Below are positions 37,674 through 47,137 of a DNA stretch of 64,000 nt, one piece after another (within the stretch, counting starts at the first letter, position 1; the number at the start of each line of letters is the position of its first letter). The position numbers and the translations under genes are program-made. Origin of the DNA: Oceanispirochaeta sp. (GTDB lineage Bacteria > Spirochaetota > Spirochaetia > DSM-2461); assembly GCA_963663385.2 (NCBI GenBank), contig CAXXXD010000002.1, positions 1,120,001 to 1,184,000 of the forward strand. Reading direction: 5' to 3'. The notes under the pieces were generated by a model. That model did no database searches and was not told where the DNA came from. It saw only the letters and a program-made list of their open reading frames with translations.

Positions 37674-38888
37674 ATGACAAATATCGATTCATATAGAATC
37701 CTGGAACAGGTGGTTTCGTCAGAAAAAAGCAAGTATCTGACCTGCAAGGCAGAAAAAAACGGGACCCCCCCCGATTCCGGTTCTTTTACCCTTTTCCCTT
37801 CCGGAAAAGGTGTCCAGCTGAAAAAAAAGTTACCCCTGGAGGACAGCCCCTTTTTCCGATTGGAGTTGAAAGGACTGTCTGCATCGGACATCAGGAAGGG
37901 AGCCTTTCTTGTTCCCTCCTCCTATGGCGCCGTGGAAGGAAAAAAAGCTCTGGTTGTCTGGAAAGGTACTCCGCCGGACAGCAGGGGGTATGATCTGAAG
38001 ATCCGGGATCTTCCTTCCTATACTATTAACAGCCGTGTAAGTTCCAGTAAAAAAGAGCGGGTCAGCCAGATCAGCGGAAGAGAACCCTTCCTGCAGCTGC
38101 CCGGGCGCATCTACCGGTTGGAACTGGAGGGGCAGGGCAGTGAATGTGTTCTTCTCATGGCGGAACCGTTCACCCCCGATCAGGCGAAACAGATGATAAA
38201 GAGGGTAAACAAATTCGGGAATTTCCCCGGTTCCGGCAGTATCTATTCCATGAACCTCAGAGTGAGGGGGTATGTCTATATCCCGGAGGAAGAAAAGGAT
38301 CTCTCCTTTGACGGGGCTTTCCGGAAGGGAAACTGGTATATCATGTCCCGTCTCTGTGATAAATGGACCGGTACCATTGAAAAAAGGGCCCGCAGCGAAG
38401 CCGGGATAAAGGAGTCCGGGTTAGGTGAACTTCTGGACTGCCCGGTTCCTCTGGTTCAGGTCATTGTTGACGGGCTTATTGAAAAAGGGCGGATTTTCCG
38501 TAACCGGGGGTACCTGATAAATGCTTCAGATTCATCAGAACAGTTTTTGTCACCCATGACAAGAGCATTCTGGGAGGACTTGAAACTGGCAGGAACAGAA
38601 GGAATAGGCAGCAGGGAAATCGCAGCGTCAGGCCGGAGTGATCTGCCGGAAATCCTGCAGAGGAGGGGACTGGCCAGGATGCTGGATACCCTGCTTCTCA
38701 GTGAGGTGGCTTATGGTTCTCTGGTTGATCAGATTCTGTCTCTTCTGCCGAAAGACCGGTCCTTTGACCTGTCAGACCTGACAACGGTCAGTGATCTGAG
38801 CCGCAGCCGTCTGATTCAGATTCTGGATGAAATGGAGAAGGACGGTGTGATTCGTCCCTGCGGGGATAACAGGAGGGAGTTGGTATGA
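37674..38888 (+). CDS. SelB-like protein lacking the GTPase domain
   Basis: EF-Tu domain II-like segment (LFPSGKGV..LELKGL...IRKGAFL) and C-terminal winged-helix-like repeats; no P-loop. Confidence 0.5.
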   Translation: MTNIDSYRILEQVVSSEKSKYLTCKAEKNGTPPDSGSFTLFPSGKGVQLKKKLPLEDSPFFRLELKGLSASDIRKGAFLVPSSYGAVEGKKALVVWKGTPPDSRGYDLKIRDLPSYTINSRVSSSKKERVSQISGREPFLQLPGRIYRLELEGQGSECVLLMAEPFTPDQAKQMIKRVNKFGNFPGSGSIYSMNLRVRGYVYIPEEEKDLSFDGAFRKGNWYIMSRLCDKWTGTIEKRARSEAGIKESGLGELLDCPVPLVQVIVDGLIEKGRIFRNRGYLINASDSSEQFLSPMTRAFWEDLKLAGTEGIGSREIAASGRSDLPEILQRRGLARMLDTLLLSEVAYGSLVDQILSLLPKDRSFDLSDLTTVSDLSRSRLIQILDEMEKDGVIRPCGDNRRELV

Positions 38889-39556
38889 AAAAAGGCTTCC
38901 TCTGTCCATTCCTGCTGATCCCGCTGCTCTACGCCTGCTCCGGCAGCCCCCCCGGAATTGTCAATACCGACTGGATGGTGGTTTATACCCAGGATCGGGT
39001 TCTGGATACGGTTTATCAGGAGCTGAATTTCTTTGTTCAGATTCAGGATAATGACGGCTTTAATGATATAACCGAGATCTATCTGATTCGGGATGATCTG
39101 AACTGGTCCTGGAAAATCGACTCCTCCAACTGGATAAGTTACGAACAGGACGGGGAATGCTGGATCGGTGCAAACGGTCTGACCCTGGGACGGGGAGAGG
39201 ATCTGCCCGAGGGGAACTATCGTCTTCTTGTAATAGACAGGAGCGGTCAGCGGGATGAACTGGGAGTGAGTATCCGTCAGCCCGACCCGAATTCCGTAGC
39301 CCTGGATTTTGCCGGAATCTCACAGGATAACAGCTTTATTACAATCGACTCTCAGCTGCCTTCTCTTGTTCTGTGGTTTTATGACAGCCAGGCTAATCTG
39401 GTAAACGAAAAATATACCAAACCGGGAACCTATCATGTTTCCGAGTTTCTTAATACGAAGGAGCGTGATCAGGTTACCTGGTTTTATGCCTATTATCAGA
39501 ATGAGGAAAACGGGTATGGCTTAAAATCCGGTCCATATTTATTTGAAGGGCCGTGA
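38885..39556 (+). CDS. Hypothetical lipoprotein
   Basis: MKK..LLIPLLYAC lipobox-like signal; ATGA overlap with upstream stop. Confidence 0.7.
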   Translation: MKKGFLCPFLLIPLLYACSGSPPGIVNTDWMVVYTQDRVLDTVYQELNFFVQIQDNDGFNDITEIYLIRDDLNWSWKIDSSNWISYEQDGECWIGANGLTLGRGEDLPEGNYRLLVIDRSGQRDELGVSIRQPDPNSVALDFAGISQDNSFITIDSQLPSLVLWFYDSQANLVNEKYTKPGTYHVSEFLNTKERDQVTWFYAYYQNEENGYGLKSGPYLFEGP

Positions 39557-39590
39557 GGCCGCAATCGCCGCGTTTATCCGTTCATCCCCG

Positions 39591-40835
39591 TTAACGGGGG
39601 TCTTTTCTATCGTTTTTTGATGTGGTGTTTTCTTCCTGATCAAACCAGGATTCATTGCCGTAGAGTTCTTCGTAGCACTTGGGACAGAGGCTGTGGGACA
39701 GGGAGGCTTCAGTGTGCGCTTCCAGGTACTCTTCTATCTGGTTCCAGTAGCCCTTATCATCCCGGATATTCTTGCAGTGGGAACAGATAGGCAGCAGGCC
39801 CGAAAGGGATTTTAAATTTTCCAGGGCTTCCTTGAGTTCTTCTTCTGTTTTTTTACGGGTTTCAATCTCCCTTGCCAGGCGACGGTTCCATCGGAGGATT
39901 ATGGTGATAATAAGGGAGGCAATAAGCGTCAGAATAAGAATAACCCGGAGAACATCCCAAGTTTTAACACCATGTTCGTAGCGGATGGAGAGCCACTGGT
40001 TCCGGATGGCGGAATGCTGTGCCGGGGTTATGGCGCCCAGAGTTTTATTGATAATCGAGACCAGTTCCGGCCAGTCGCTGCGAACGGCAATGTAAAGGTC
40101 GTAATTATTATACTCTGTGGGAGCCGCTACCTTGAGATTGGATAGACCCTGTTCCCGGATCTGGTAGCTGCAGGATGCCAGGTTTCCGATATAGGCATCG
40201 GCTGAACCGACAGAGACAGTTTCCAATGCATCCAGGGGGCTGCTGCACTGAACGGGAATAATCTCTATATTGTCCCTTTTCAGCCAGTCGGATACAACCG
40301 TTTTTGTTACTACAGCAACTTTTTCATTAGTCAGATCTTCCAGTCCGCCGATAAAGGGATAGTCATCCCGGGTGACAATAACCATGGGGAAGGAGAGGTG
40401 GGGATCTGTAAATAACAGATACTCTTCCCTCTCGGGGCTTTTGGCAGAACAGGCAAGCACATCCAGTTTCTTATTCCGGATTTTATCCAGTACATCCGGC
40501 CAGAGAAGACCGGAGACTATTTCAACTTCAATTCCCAGATTTTCAAACAGGATCTTTATATAATCGGAGGCTATCCCCTGTGGGGTGCCGTCTTCAGTAT
40601 AAGAGTGAAAAGGAGGAAAGCTTTTGGGACCGCTTACGCGGATTGTTCTGTGCTCTTCTATCCACCGGATTTCTTCGCCGGACAGGCCTGGAGTCAGTTG
40701 GTAGAAGGAGGTCGACTCGGGTATATCATCAGCCTGTCTCGAGACAGACCATGCCGGTAAAATTATAAGGAAAAAGTAAATAAGGAAAACTGCTTTACCA
40801 ATAACCGTACCGGGTTTTCTGTTCATACCAAACAA
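39591..40835 (-). CDS. Periplasmic PBP2-type sensor with C-terminal CxxC..HxxCxxC domain
   Basis: BvgS-like LSGEEIRWIEEH..PPF PBP domain, TM, coiled coil, LPICSHCKNIRDDKGYW..SHSLCPKC; true start may be ATG 40826. Confidence 0.8.
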   Translation of the reverse strand: MFGMNRKPGTVIGKAVFLIYFFLIILPAWSVSRQADDIPESTSFYQLTPGLSGEEIRWIEEHRTIRVSGPKSFPPFHSYTEDGTPQGIASDYIKILFENLGIEVEIVSGLLWPDVLDKIRNKKLDVLACSAKSPEREEYLLFTDPHLSFPMVIVTRDDYPFIGGLEDLTNEKVAVVTKTVVSDWLKRDNIEIIPVQCSSPLDALETVSVGSADAYIGNLASCSYQIREQGLSNLKVAAPTEYNNYDLYIAVRSDWPELVSIINKTLGAITPAQHSAIRNQWLSIRYEHGVKTWDVLRVILILTLIASLIITIILRWNRRLAREIETRKKTEEELKEALENLKSLSGLLPICSHCKNIRDDKGYWNQIEEYLEAHTEASLSHSLCPKCYEELYGNESWFDQEENTTSKNDRKDPR

Positions 40836-40912
40836 CCGTATATAAATGAATTATAAGCCGGGTACAATTGAAACGCAATATTTTTAAAAGGTGCTGGATC
40901 CCTTTAACAGGG

Positions 40913-41845
40913 CTATTCCTTTCTGGTTTTACCGGTGCTGTTCAGTTTCTCTTTTATCCATTTCCGGGGATTTTCCAGAAAACTGGTGCCGTGTTTGCGG
41001 GAAAAAGCAGCCGCAGCGGCTTCCATGGGATACTCCTGACCGTATTTGTCCTTTAACTCGTGCCAGTGTTTTACAATCCAGATATACAGGTCCGCCTCTG
41101 TTCTTCCGGGAAAACGGGAAAGCAGATTCGCTGTCCGGATAGTTTTAACAATGGGCTGATAGAGGTTGTCCTTCCAGGACCGGGCGGCCATCGCCAGAGG
41201 AATCTCTTCTTCCTGATCCATATTGATAAAGTACTTATGTCCCAGGATATGACGGAGCATCTCTTCATAACGGCCGGGAGCTGTAAATTCAATTCCTGCT
41301 TCCTCTATCAGGGAAGCCAGTTCCGGCTGAGATACAATAATCCTCTCTTTTTCATAGCTGATAACAGCCGCTACCAGTTCAAGACGGGTCATCTGGGGCG
41401 TTATTTGTATTGAAGTTGTCAGCTCTGTCACTTCTGCGTCAATGGAGTAAACTCCCTGGGCTTTAGCAACGGAGACCCTATGGTTTCCATCCCGAACAAA
41501 ATAGACCTGGCCGATTTTGTAGAGTTTTATGGGCGGGAGGATCACATCTGTTCTATAAGCTTTATCGACGCTTTCCCACCGTTTTCTCAAATGTTCCTTT
41601 TTCGGCAGAAAGGCTTTATTGAAATCGTTATACCGCCCTTCGCTTCCCGCAATATCGTCAATTTTAACTACCTGCATACCCTTATAGCTTTCAGAGCGGG
41701 TTTTGATCAGGGATTTGACATCATAGAAGGAAAGAAGTTCTCTTTTTTCCGGTCTGAGAATATTTATGATTGTATTGAACAGGGCTCTGCTTTTGGCTTT
41801 GTTAAAATCTGAGCTGGCTGTCGAATCCATTGAACTTTTATCCAT
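40913..41845 (-). CDS. ParB/Srx-fold protein with DUF4032-like C-terminus
   Basis: IAGSEGRY.DF...FLP, PPIKLYK...YFVRDGNHRVSVA. Confidence 0.75.
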   Translation of the reverse strand: MDKSSMDSTASSDFNKAKSRALFNTIINILRPEKRELLSFYDVKSLIKTRSESYKGMQVVKIDDIAGSEGRYNDFNKAFLPKKEHLRKRWESVDKAYRTDVILPPIKLYKIGQVYFVRDGNHRVSVAKAQGVYSIDAEVTELTTSIQITPQMTRLELVAAVISYEKERIIVSQPELASLIEEAGIEFTAPGRYEEMLRHILGHKYFINMDQEEEIPLAMAARSWKDNLYQPIVKTIRTANLLSRFPGRTEADLYIWIVKHWHELKDKYGQEYPMEAAAAAFSRKHGTSFLENPRKWIKEKLNSTGKTRKE

Positions 41846-41854
41846 TACAGTTCC

Positions 41855-42526
41855 TTAAATTTCAATTACGTAGTGGTCATAAGCATTAATGACCGTTGTC
41901 TCTTTGTACTGTGTTACCCTTTTTTCATTAAGAGAATACAGATGAATATGCCCATGCAGCAGGTATTTCGGTTTAAACTTGTCCATAAACCATAAAAAGG
42001 ATTTGAATCCTATATGGCATGGATCCTCCCTGTCATGTATTCCCCTGGGGGATGCATGGGTCAGCAGTATATCCAGATATCTGCCATAAAAAACCTTATT
42101 CCACAAGAGGGACGGGACCATTTTTAAAATCCTTATAAACATCCCCAGTTCGGAATACTGATTATCACCTTTATTATAACGCATACTCCCGCCTAAACCA
42201 GCAATAATAAGATTTTTAGATTTCAACCGGACAGATTTTCCATTCAAATAAATGGCTCCGAAGCTTTTGTTGTACATGTCGTCTATAGCTGAACTGGCGC
42301 TTCCGAAGGCGGGCATTCCTCCCCTTTTAAACAGGTGGTAACGCTTCAGGTTATGATTTCCGAATACAAAATAGAGGGGCTTGTTCAGACTGCTGACGAT
42401 AAAACCGTAATACTCCATAGGGAGATCTCCGGCCCCCAGAACCAGATCTATATCTTTAAAACGTTTCTTTATGTTGGGAGAATAAACCAGCGGGTCTTTA
42501 TGGTCGGCAACCGTCAGTATTTTCAT
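41855..42526 (-). CDS. Metallophosphoesterase
   Basis: ADH, AGDL, GNHN, LTHA, HGHIH motifs. Confidence 0.92.
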   Translation of the reverse strand: MKILTVADHKDPLVYSPNIKKRFKDIDLVLGAGDLPMEYYGFIVSSLNKPLYFVFGNHNLKRYHLFKRGGMPAFGSASSAIDDMYNKSFGAIYLNGKSVRLKSKNLIIAGLGGSMRYNKGDNQYSELGMFIRILKMVPSLLWNKVFYGRYLDILLTHASPRGIHDREDPCHIGFKSFLWFMDKFKPKYLLHGHIHLYSLNEKRVTQYKETTVINAYDHYVIEI

Positions 42527-43899
42527 TTGCCCTGTTTTGCCTGATCCGCTTTTTTCAGCAGCTTCTGCAGTTTATCCTTACCCAGCAGTTCCACTGGCCG
42601 GGATTCAACAAAATCAATAGCTGAGCGTGTAAACATGGAACTGGATATCATCATTCCCCTTGACGCCTTGATTCTCTGCATCTCTTCGTGAAACTCTCTT
42701 ACCTGATTCTGATCCATATTTTCCGTAATCCTGTAAAAATGGATCAGCCGAGGCTGTTTTTTCGTATTTCTCCACTGACCTGTCGACTTTTCCACAGCTA
42801 TCACCTGACAGCCCATTTTCATCATGTTCTGATCGGATATACTCAGGTTCATAACATCAACAAGGTCCTGACAGATTTTCAGGAATGTTTCATTGGATGA
42901 TGTGAGGAAATCCTTCATCCTGTCATCCTCTCTCAATTCCTGAAACTGACTGAGTTTTTCAGCTACATCTTTAAAGGACTGTTTTTTGGCATAGATCAGT
43001 TCCCACTGCTCAATAGCTTTATCGATGTTCCGTTTCTTTTCATGGCATAGGGCCAGGTAGTAACGGGAGAAAAGGGTCGAATCATCAGGTTTTTCAGAAG
43101 TCAGTTTAATAGCCCTTTCCAGTTCGGAAATCGCCTTATCGTAATTTTTCATGGCAATATAGCAGATTCCCCTTTCGATAAGGGCTTTTATTTTGAATTC
43201 GCTGTCTTTCTGGGCCTGTTCGAAGGATTGGATGGCTGCCGGAAAATTCTGGGATTCCTTATTCATCTTTCCAAGATAGTAATGGGCTTTGTAATTGTCC
43301 GGTCTGAGTTTCAATGCCTTCTGGAGGATCAGTTTTGAATCGTTAAAACGTTTTCCCTTATATAAAAGGGTTCCCAGGCTGAAGTGGGCCTCCGAGTTAC
43401 GCGGATCCATATCGATGGCCTTCTTGTAGTATTGAGCGGCCTGAGGACCTTTCCCCCTCAGTTCAAACAACTCTCCGGCTTTGAAATAGTAATCCGGATT
43501 ATAGGGTTCCATTTTTATCAGAAGAAGGTATTCCTTCAGAGCCTCCTCGGGGAAGTTGAACTGCTGATAGAGTTCCGCTATGGATTTGCGGAATTCCGGT
43601 TCCTTGCAGTGCCCGTGGAAGTCATTCAGATTATTGACGGTTTTCATCTCCATCAGAGCCAGTTCCGGCTTCCCGTCTATCTTGTAAGCCCTGGCCAGAA
43701 GGTAGTGGGCTTCACTGTTGCGGGGTTCCTTCTGAAGGATCTGCTTGGCCATACGAATGGCTTGTGCGCTTTTCCCGGCTCCCACCAGATCCGACAGATT
43801 CGCCACCCTTTTAGGCAATACAAAGGATCTGATAATAAAAAAGAGAAAAACTGCCAGGGCTGTGCCGAAAATTATTATAAGAATAACGATTATACTCAT
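42523..43899 (-). CDS. Membrane-anchored TPR protein with C-terminal Mrr-like domain
   Basis: N-terminal TM, multiple TPRs, VREF...RGMMISSSMFTRSAIDF...VELLG; start placed at ATG 43899. Confidence 0.8.
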   Translation of the reverse strand: MSIIVILIIIFGTALAVFLFFIIRSFVLPKRVANLSDLVGAGKSAQAIRMAKQILQKEPRNSEAHYLLARAYKIDGKPELALMEMKTVNNLNDFHGHCKEPEFRKSIAELYQQFNFPEEALKEYLLLIKMEPYNPDYYFKAGELFELRGKGPQAAQYYKKAIDMDPRNSEAHFSLGTLLYKGKRFNDSKLILQKALKLRPDNYKAHYYLGKMNKESQNFPAAIQSFEQAQKDSEFKIKALIERGICYIAMKNYDKAISELERAIKLTSEKPDDSTLFSRYYLALCHEKKRNIDKAIEQWELIYAKKQSFKDVAEKLSQFQELREDDRMKDFLTSSNETFLKICQDLVDVMNLSISDQNMMKMGCQVIAVEKSTGQWRNTKKQPRLIHFYRITENMDQNQVREFHEEMQRIKASRGMMISSSMFTRSAIDFVESRPVELLGKDKLQKLLKKADQAKQGK

Positions 43900-44037
43900 G
43901 GTTGCTCCGAAAAAAACCACCTTTCCAGGGTATACTATAATAGGAAATTCTATGGAAAGTGATACTTTTTTCCTGTATGGTAATAGACTAAACAGTTTCA
44001 CCGAATCTGTCAAACCTCAGAGGAGGCCCTTTTATAT

Positions 44038-44838
44038 ATGCAAATGAAACAAATAGGGACCCTGTTTATACTCCTTATATCCCTCTGTTCAATTTTCCCG
44101 GATTCCTACGAAGATGGACTGGATGCCTATCGGGAGGGGCGGAACGGCGAAGCCCGTATTTTTCTTGAAAAAGCTATGGAGGAGAATCCGGCAAATGACG
44201 GCGTCTACCTATATCTGGGAATCCTCTATCAGAAGGAAGGTCTGCTGGAACAGGCTGAAAAGGCCATGACGGCGGGAAGTCAGCTGGATGGGGTCAACCA
44301 TTTTGAAATAACCTTCAATCTGGCCAATCTCTACCATAACGAACAGCGGTTCGAAGAGGCTGAGGAAAAATATACCTACATTGCCGAATCTCTTAACCCG
44401 TTCCGCACCAGAGCCCTCCTTAACAGGGCAAATATGGCTGTCAGCAGCAAGGCGTATCAAAATGCCATCAATGACTACCTTAACTACCTGATGGAAGAAC
44501 CCGGGACTGTTCAGAAGGAGAATATCGAAAAGATGGTGGCCCTCCTGCGGCAGCAGCTTCAGGACGAGGAGGCGCAGCGTCTGGCGGAAGAAGAACGGAT
44601 CCGTCTGGAAGAGGAGCAGCGGCGTCTGGCAGAACAGGCTGAAGCGGAGAGGCTTGCGGAAGAGCAGCGTCAGCTTGAACTGGCGGAAAAGAGGCGGCTT
44701 GAGGAAGAAACCAGGCAGCGTGCCCTGATGGAAGAAATTCTGAATTCCCTGAGTACAGCCGGGGATGATACGAAAAATTTTACAGCGGACAGTGAAGAAG
44801 TTGAGGACGTTTTTGAAGAATCCGATCTTGAAGACTAG
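44038..44838 (+). CDS. Exported TPR protein with charged coiled coil
   Basis: Signal peptide, TPR repeats, E/R/Q-rich helix, acidic tail. Confidence 0.8.
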   Translation: MQMKQIGTLFILLISLCSIFPDSYEDGLDAYREGRNGEARIFLEKAMEENPANDGVYLYLGILYQKEGLLEQAEKAMTAGSQLDGVNHFEITFNLANLYHNEQRFEEAEEKYTYIAESLNPFRTRALLNRANMAVSSKAYQNAINDYLNYLMEEPGTVQKENIEKMVALLRQQLQDEEAQRLAEEERIRLEEEQRRLAEQAEAERLAEEQRQLELAEKRRLEEETRQRALMEEILNSLSTAGDDTKNFTADSEEVEDVFEESDLED

Positions 44839-44901
44839 GAAAAAGACTGATATAAAACTGAACGAAAACTTAATAAATGGATTTAAATCCTTGGAGAATA
44901 C

Positions 44902-46968
44902 ATGGACAGAAAAAAAATACTGATTATCGCCTGTTCCCTTGCAGGGGCTGCCCTGATAGGAATAATTATATGGATGTTTCTCAGATCCCCGGGAGAATCA
45001 GGAGAGTCCGGTCCTTCCAGGAGAGACAATATAATCACCCTGGCCCGGGAATATATGGAGCAGGACGAGTATCAGCGGGCATTGGATCTTCTGGATGGTT
45101 TACTCATAGAAGATGCTGCGGATCAGGAGGCACGGGAGCTCAAGAATACGGTTATCGATCTGAAAAAGAAATATGATGAACAGAAACGTCTTGAGGACCT
45201 GAAGAGTCTGGAAGATCAGCAGGATCAGCTGCGGGACAGTCTGGATCAGCTGGGAGAGTCCCTGCAGAATCAGGGGGGAAGCGACAATACCGCCGAAATC
45301 CTGGCCCGTCAGGAGGAACTCCGGCTTCAGAGGGAGATGGAAGAGGCCCGCAAAGCGGAGGAGAGACAGAAGCAGCAGGAAGAACTCCGAAAGATCGAAT
45401 CTCTGATTCAGCAGGGGGAGGACGCCCTGAGCCGTAAGGATTACGGAGGAGCTGTTGACCTGGCCCGTCAGGCTCTGCTGCTGGATCCCTCTTCCTATAA
45501 AGCTTCCAATCTGAAAAGCCGGGCGGAAAAAGCCCGGGAAGATGCGGAATCCGAAGCGGAGAAGAAGGCCCGTGAAGAGAAGGAAGCGGCCATCCAGTCC
45601 CTTTATGATCAGGGTTTGAACGCCATGGAGAAGGAAGCCTATACAGAAGCCCTTCAGAGGGGGAAGGATATTATTGCCCTGGACAGGGATGATCCGAGGG
45701 GGCACTCTCTGGCCGGACAGGCTCAGTTTCTTGCTGATTCCTCCTCCCGGTCATCCCGGGATGATGCCAGGGCTCACCTGGAAAAAGCTGTCAGCCTGGA
45801 TCCCTCCAACTGGCGGAACTATGCCTGCCTGAGTGAAATCGCCTCTGCAGACGGGGATACAAAAAAGGCTATAGAGTATCTGAAGAAAGCTGCCGGACTG
45901 AATCCCCGGGATGCGGCACTGGCCTATGAACTGGGTAAACTTCAGTACCGGGCCCGTATGTATTCCGATGCTCTGGGTTCTTTTAAAAAGTGCGAAGCCC
46001 TGGAGCCCGGTTTAACGGGGAACTACTTTGCCATGGGATTAACCTACCTTAAACTGGGGCGGGATGCGGATGCTCTGGCTACCATGAAACTCAGTATCCA
46101 GTACAGACCGGATCATGCGGCTTCCTACTGGGAAGCGGGAAAACTGGCTCTGAACAGCGGTGTGACATCCATGGCCGTAACCTATTTTAAAAAGGCTGCG
46201 GATCTGGACCCTCAGCAGGGGAAATACTGGCGGAGTCTCGGATCCGCCTACTATACCCAGGGCAGTTATGATCAGGCCATCGGCGCCTATCAGAAAGCGG
46301 CCTCCCTGGAACCGTCCCGGGGAGATATCCATCATAATATCGCCCTTATCTACCTGGCCAAGGGAGAAAGTTCCACCGCCCTGAATTCCGCTGTCCAGGC
46401 GGTCCGGATCGAACCGGACAATGCTAAGTATATCTATACCATGGGGGAAATCAACGAGAACCTGGGGATGACCGACGGGGCCGTCGCCTCCTATAAAAAA
46501 GCGATTGAAGCAGACCCCTCCTATGTTAAACCCCGGATCAATCTGGGTGTGCTTTACGATCAGGCCGGTGATTTCACCCAGGCCCTGAAGTACCTAGAGG
46601 AGGCGGAAAAACTGGAATCCGGATCGGCTGTCATCTGGAACAATCTGGGAAATGTTCATCTGCACAAACAGGATTATGCCAATGCTGTCAAGTATTATCA
46701 GAAAGCCGTAGGGGCAAGTCCCTCAGACGATGTTATCCTTTTCAACCTGGCAAGAGCCTATATGGATAACCAGCAGAATGTGGAAGCCGAGGCCGTTCTT
46801 GGCAAAGTAATTAAACTGAACGATAAAAACTGGGAAGCCCGGGATAAACTGGCGCATGTGCAGTTTTCATTGGGTAAGAAAGATGAGGCTAAAGCTACCG
46901 TGGAGGCTCTGCTGAAAAAGAACCCGGATTATGCGGGGAAGGCAGAACTTCAGCAGCTGATCCAGTAG
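44902..46968 (+). CDS. Membrane-anchored long TPR protein
   Basis: N-terminal TM, coiled coil, many TPRs. Confidence 0.88.
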   Translation: MDRKKILIIACSLAGAALIGIIIWMFLRSPGESGESGPSRRDNIITLAREYMEQDEYQRALDLLDGLLIEDAADQEARELKNTVIDLKKKYDEQKRLEDLKSLEDQQDQLRDSLDQLGESLQNQGGSDNTAEILARQEELRLQREMEEARKAEERQKQQEELRKIESLIQQGEDALSRKDYGGAVDLARQALLLDPSSYKASNLKSRAEKAREDAESEAEKKAREEKEAAIQSLYDQGLNAMEKEAYTEALQRGKDIIALDRDDPRGHSLAGQAQFLADSSSRSSRDDARAHLEKAVSLDPSNWRNYACLSEIASADGDTKKAIEYLKKAAGLNPRDAALAYELGKLQYRARMYSDALGSFKKCEALEPGLTGNYFAMGLTYLKLGRDADALATMKLSIQYRPDHAASYWEAGKLALNSGVTSMAVTYFKKAADLDPQQGKYWRSLGSAYYTQGSYDQAIGAYQKAASLEPSRGDIHHNIALIYLAKGESSTALNSAVQAVRIEPDNAKYIYTMGEINENLGMTDGAVASYKKAIEADPSYVKPRINLGVLYDQAGDFTQALKYLEEAEKLESGSAVIWNNLGNVHLHKQDYANAVKYYQKAVGASPSDDVILFNLARAYMDNQQNVEAEAVLGKVIKLNDKNWEARDKLAHVQFSLGKKDEAKATVEALLKKNPDYAGKAELQQLIQ

Positions 46969-47129
46969 CATTTGCGGTCTTTTGTCCAACTGCGGCGTTA
47001 GTCATAATAAAAATTGTGCTCGAGTACAGGGAGTACACTCCGCAATTTTTATTATTTCTGCCTTGCTTTTGAACAAAATCCCTGCAAATGGGTTATTGCA
47101 TGCATTAGTCCAACTGCGGCGTTAGTCAT
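46969..47129. repeat. Nested palindromic intergenic element plus truncated second copy
   Basis: CATTTGCGG/CTGCAAATG, TTTTGTCCAA/TTGAACAAAA and ATAATAAAAATTGTG/CGCAATTTTTATTAT stems; 22-bp direct repeat GTCCAACTGCGGCGTTAGTCAT at 46984 and 47108. Confidence 0.75.
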
Positions 47130-47137
47130 GAAATTGA

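Noticed and set aside
35709..43899. Methyltransferase plus Mrr-like protein as a restriction-modification or defence system
   Set aside because: About 5 kb apart with unrelated genes between, and the Mrr-like domain lacks catalytic residues
46984..47129. 22-bp direct repeat as a CRISPR array
   Set aside because: Only two copies, spacer about 100 bp and palindromic, no cas genes
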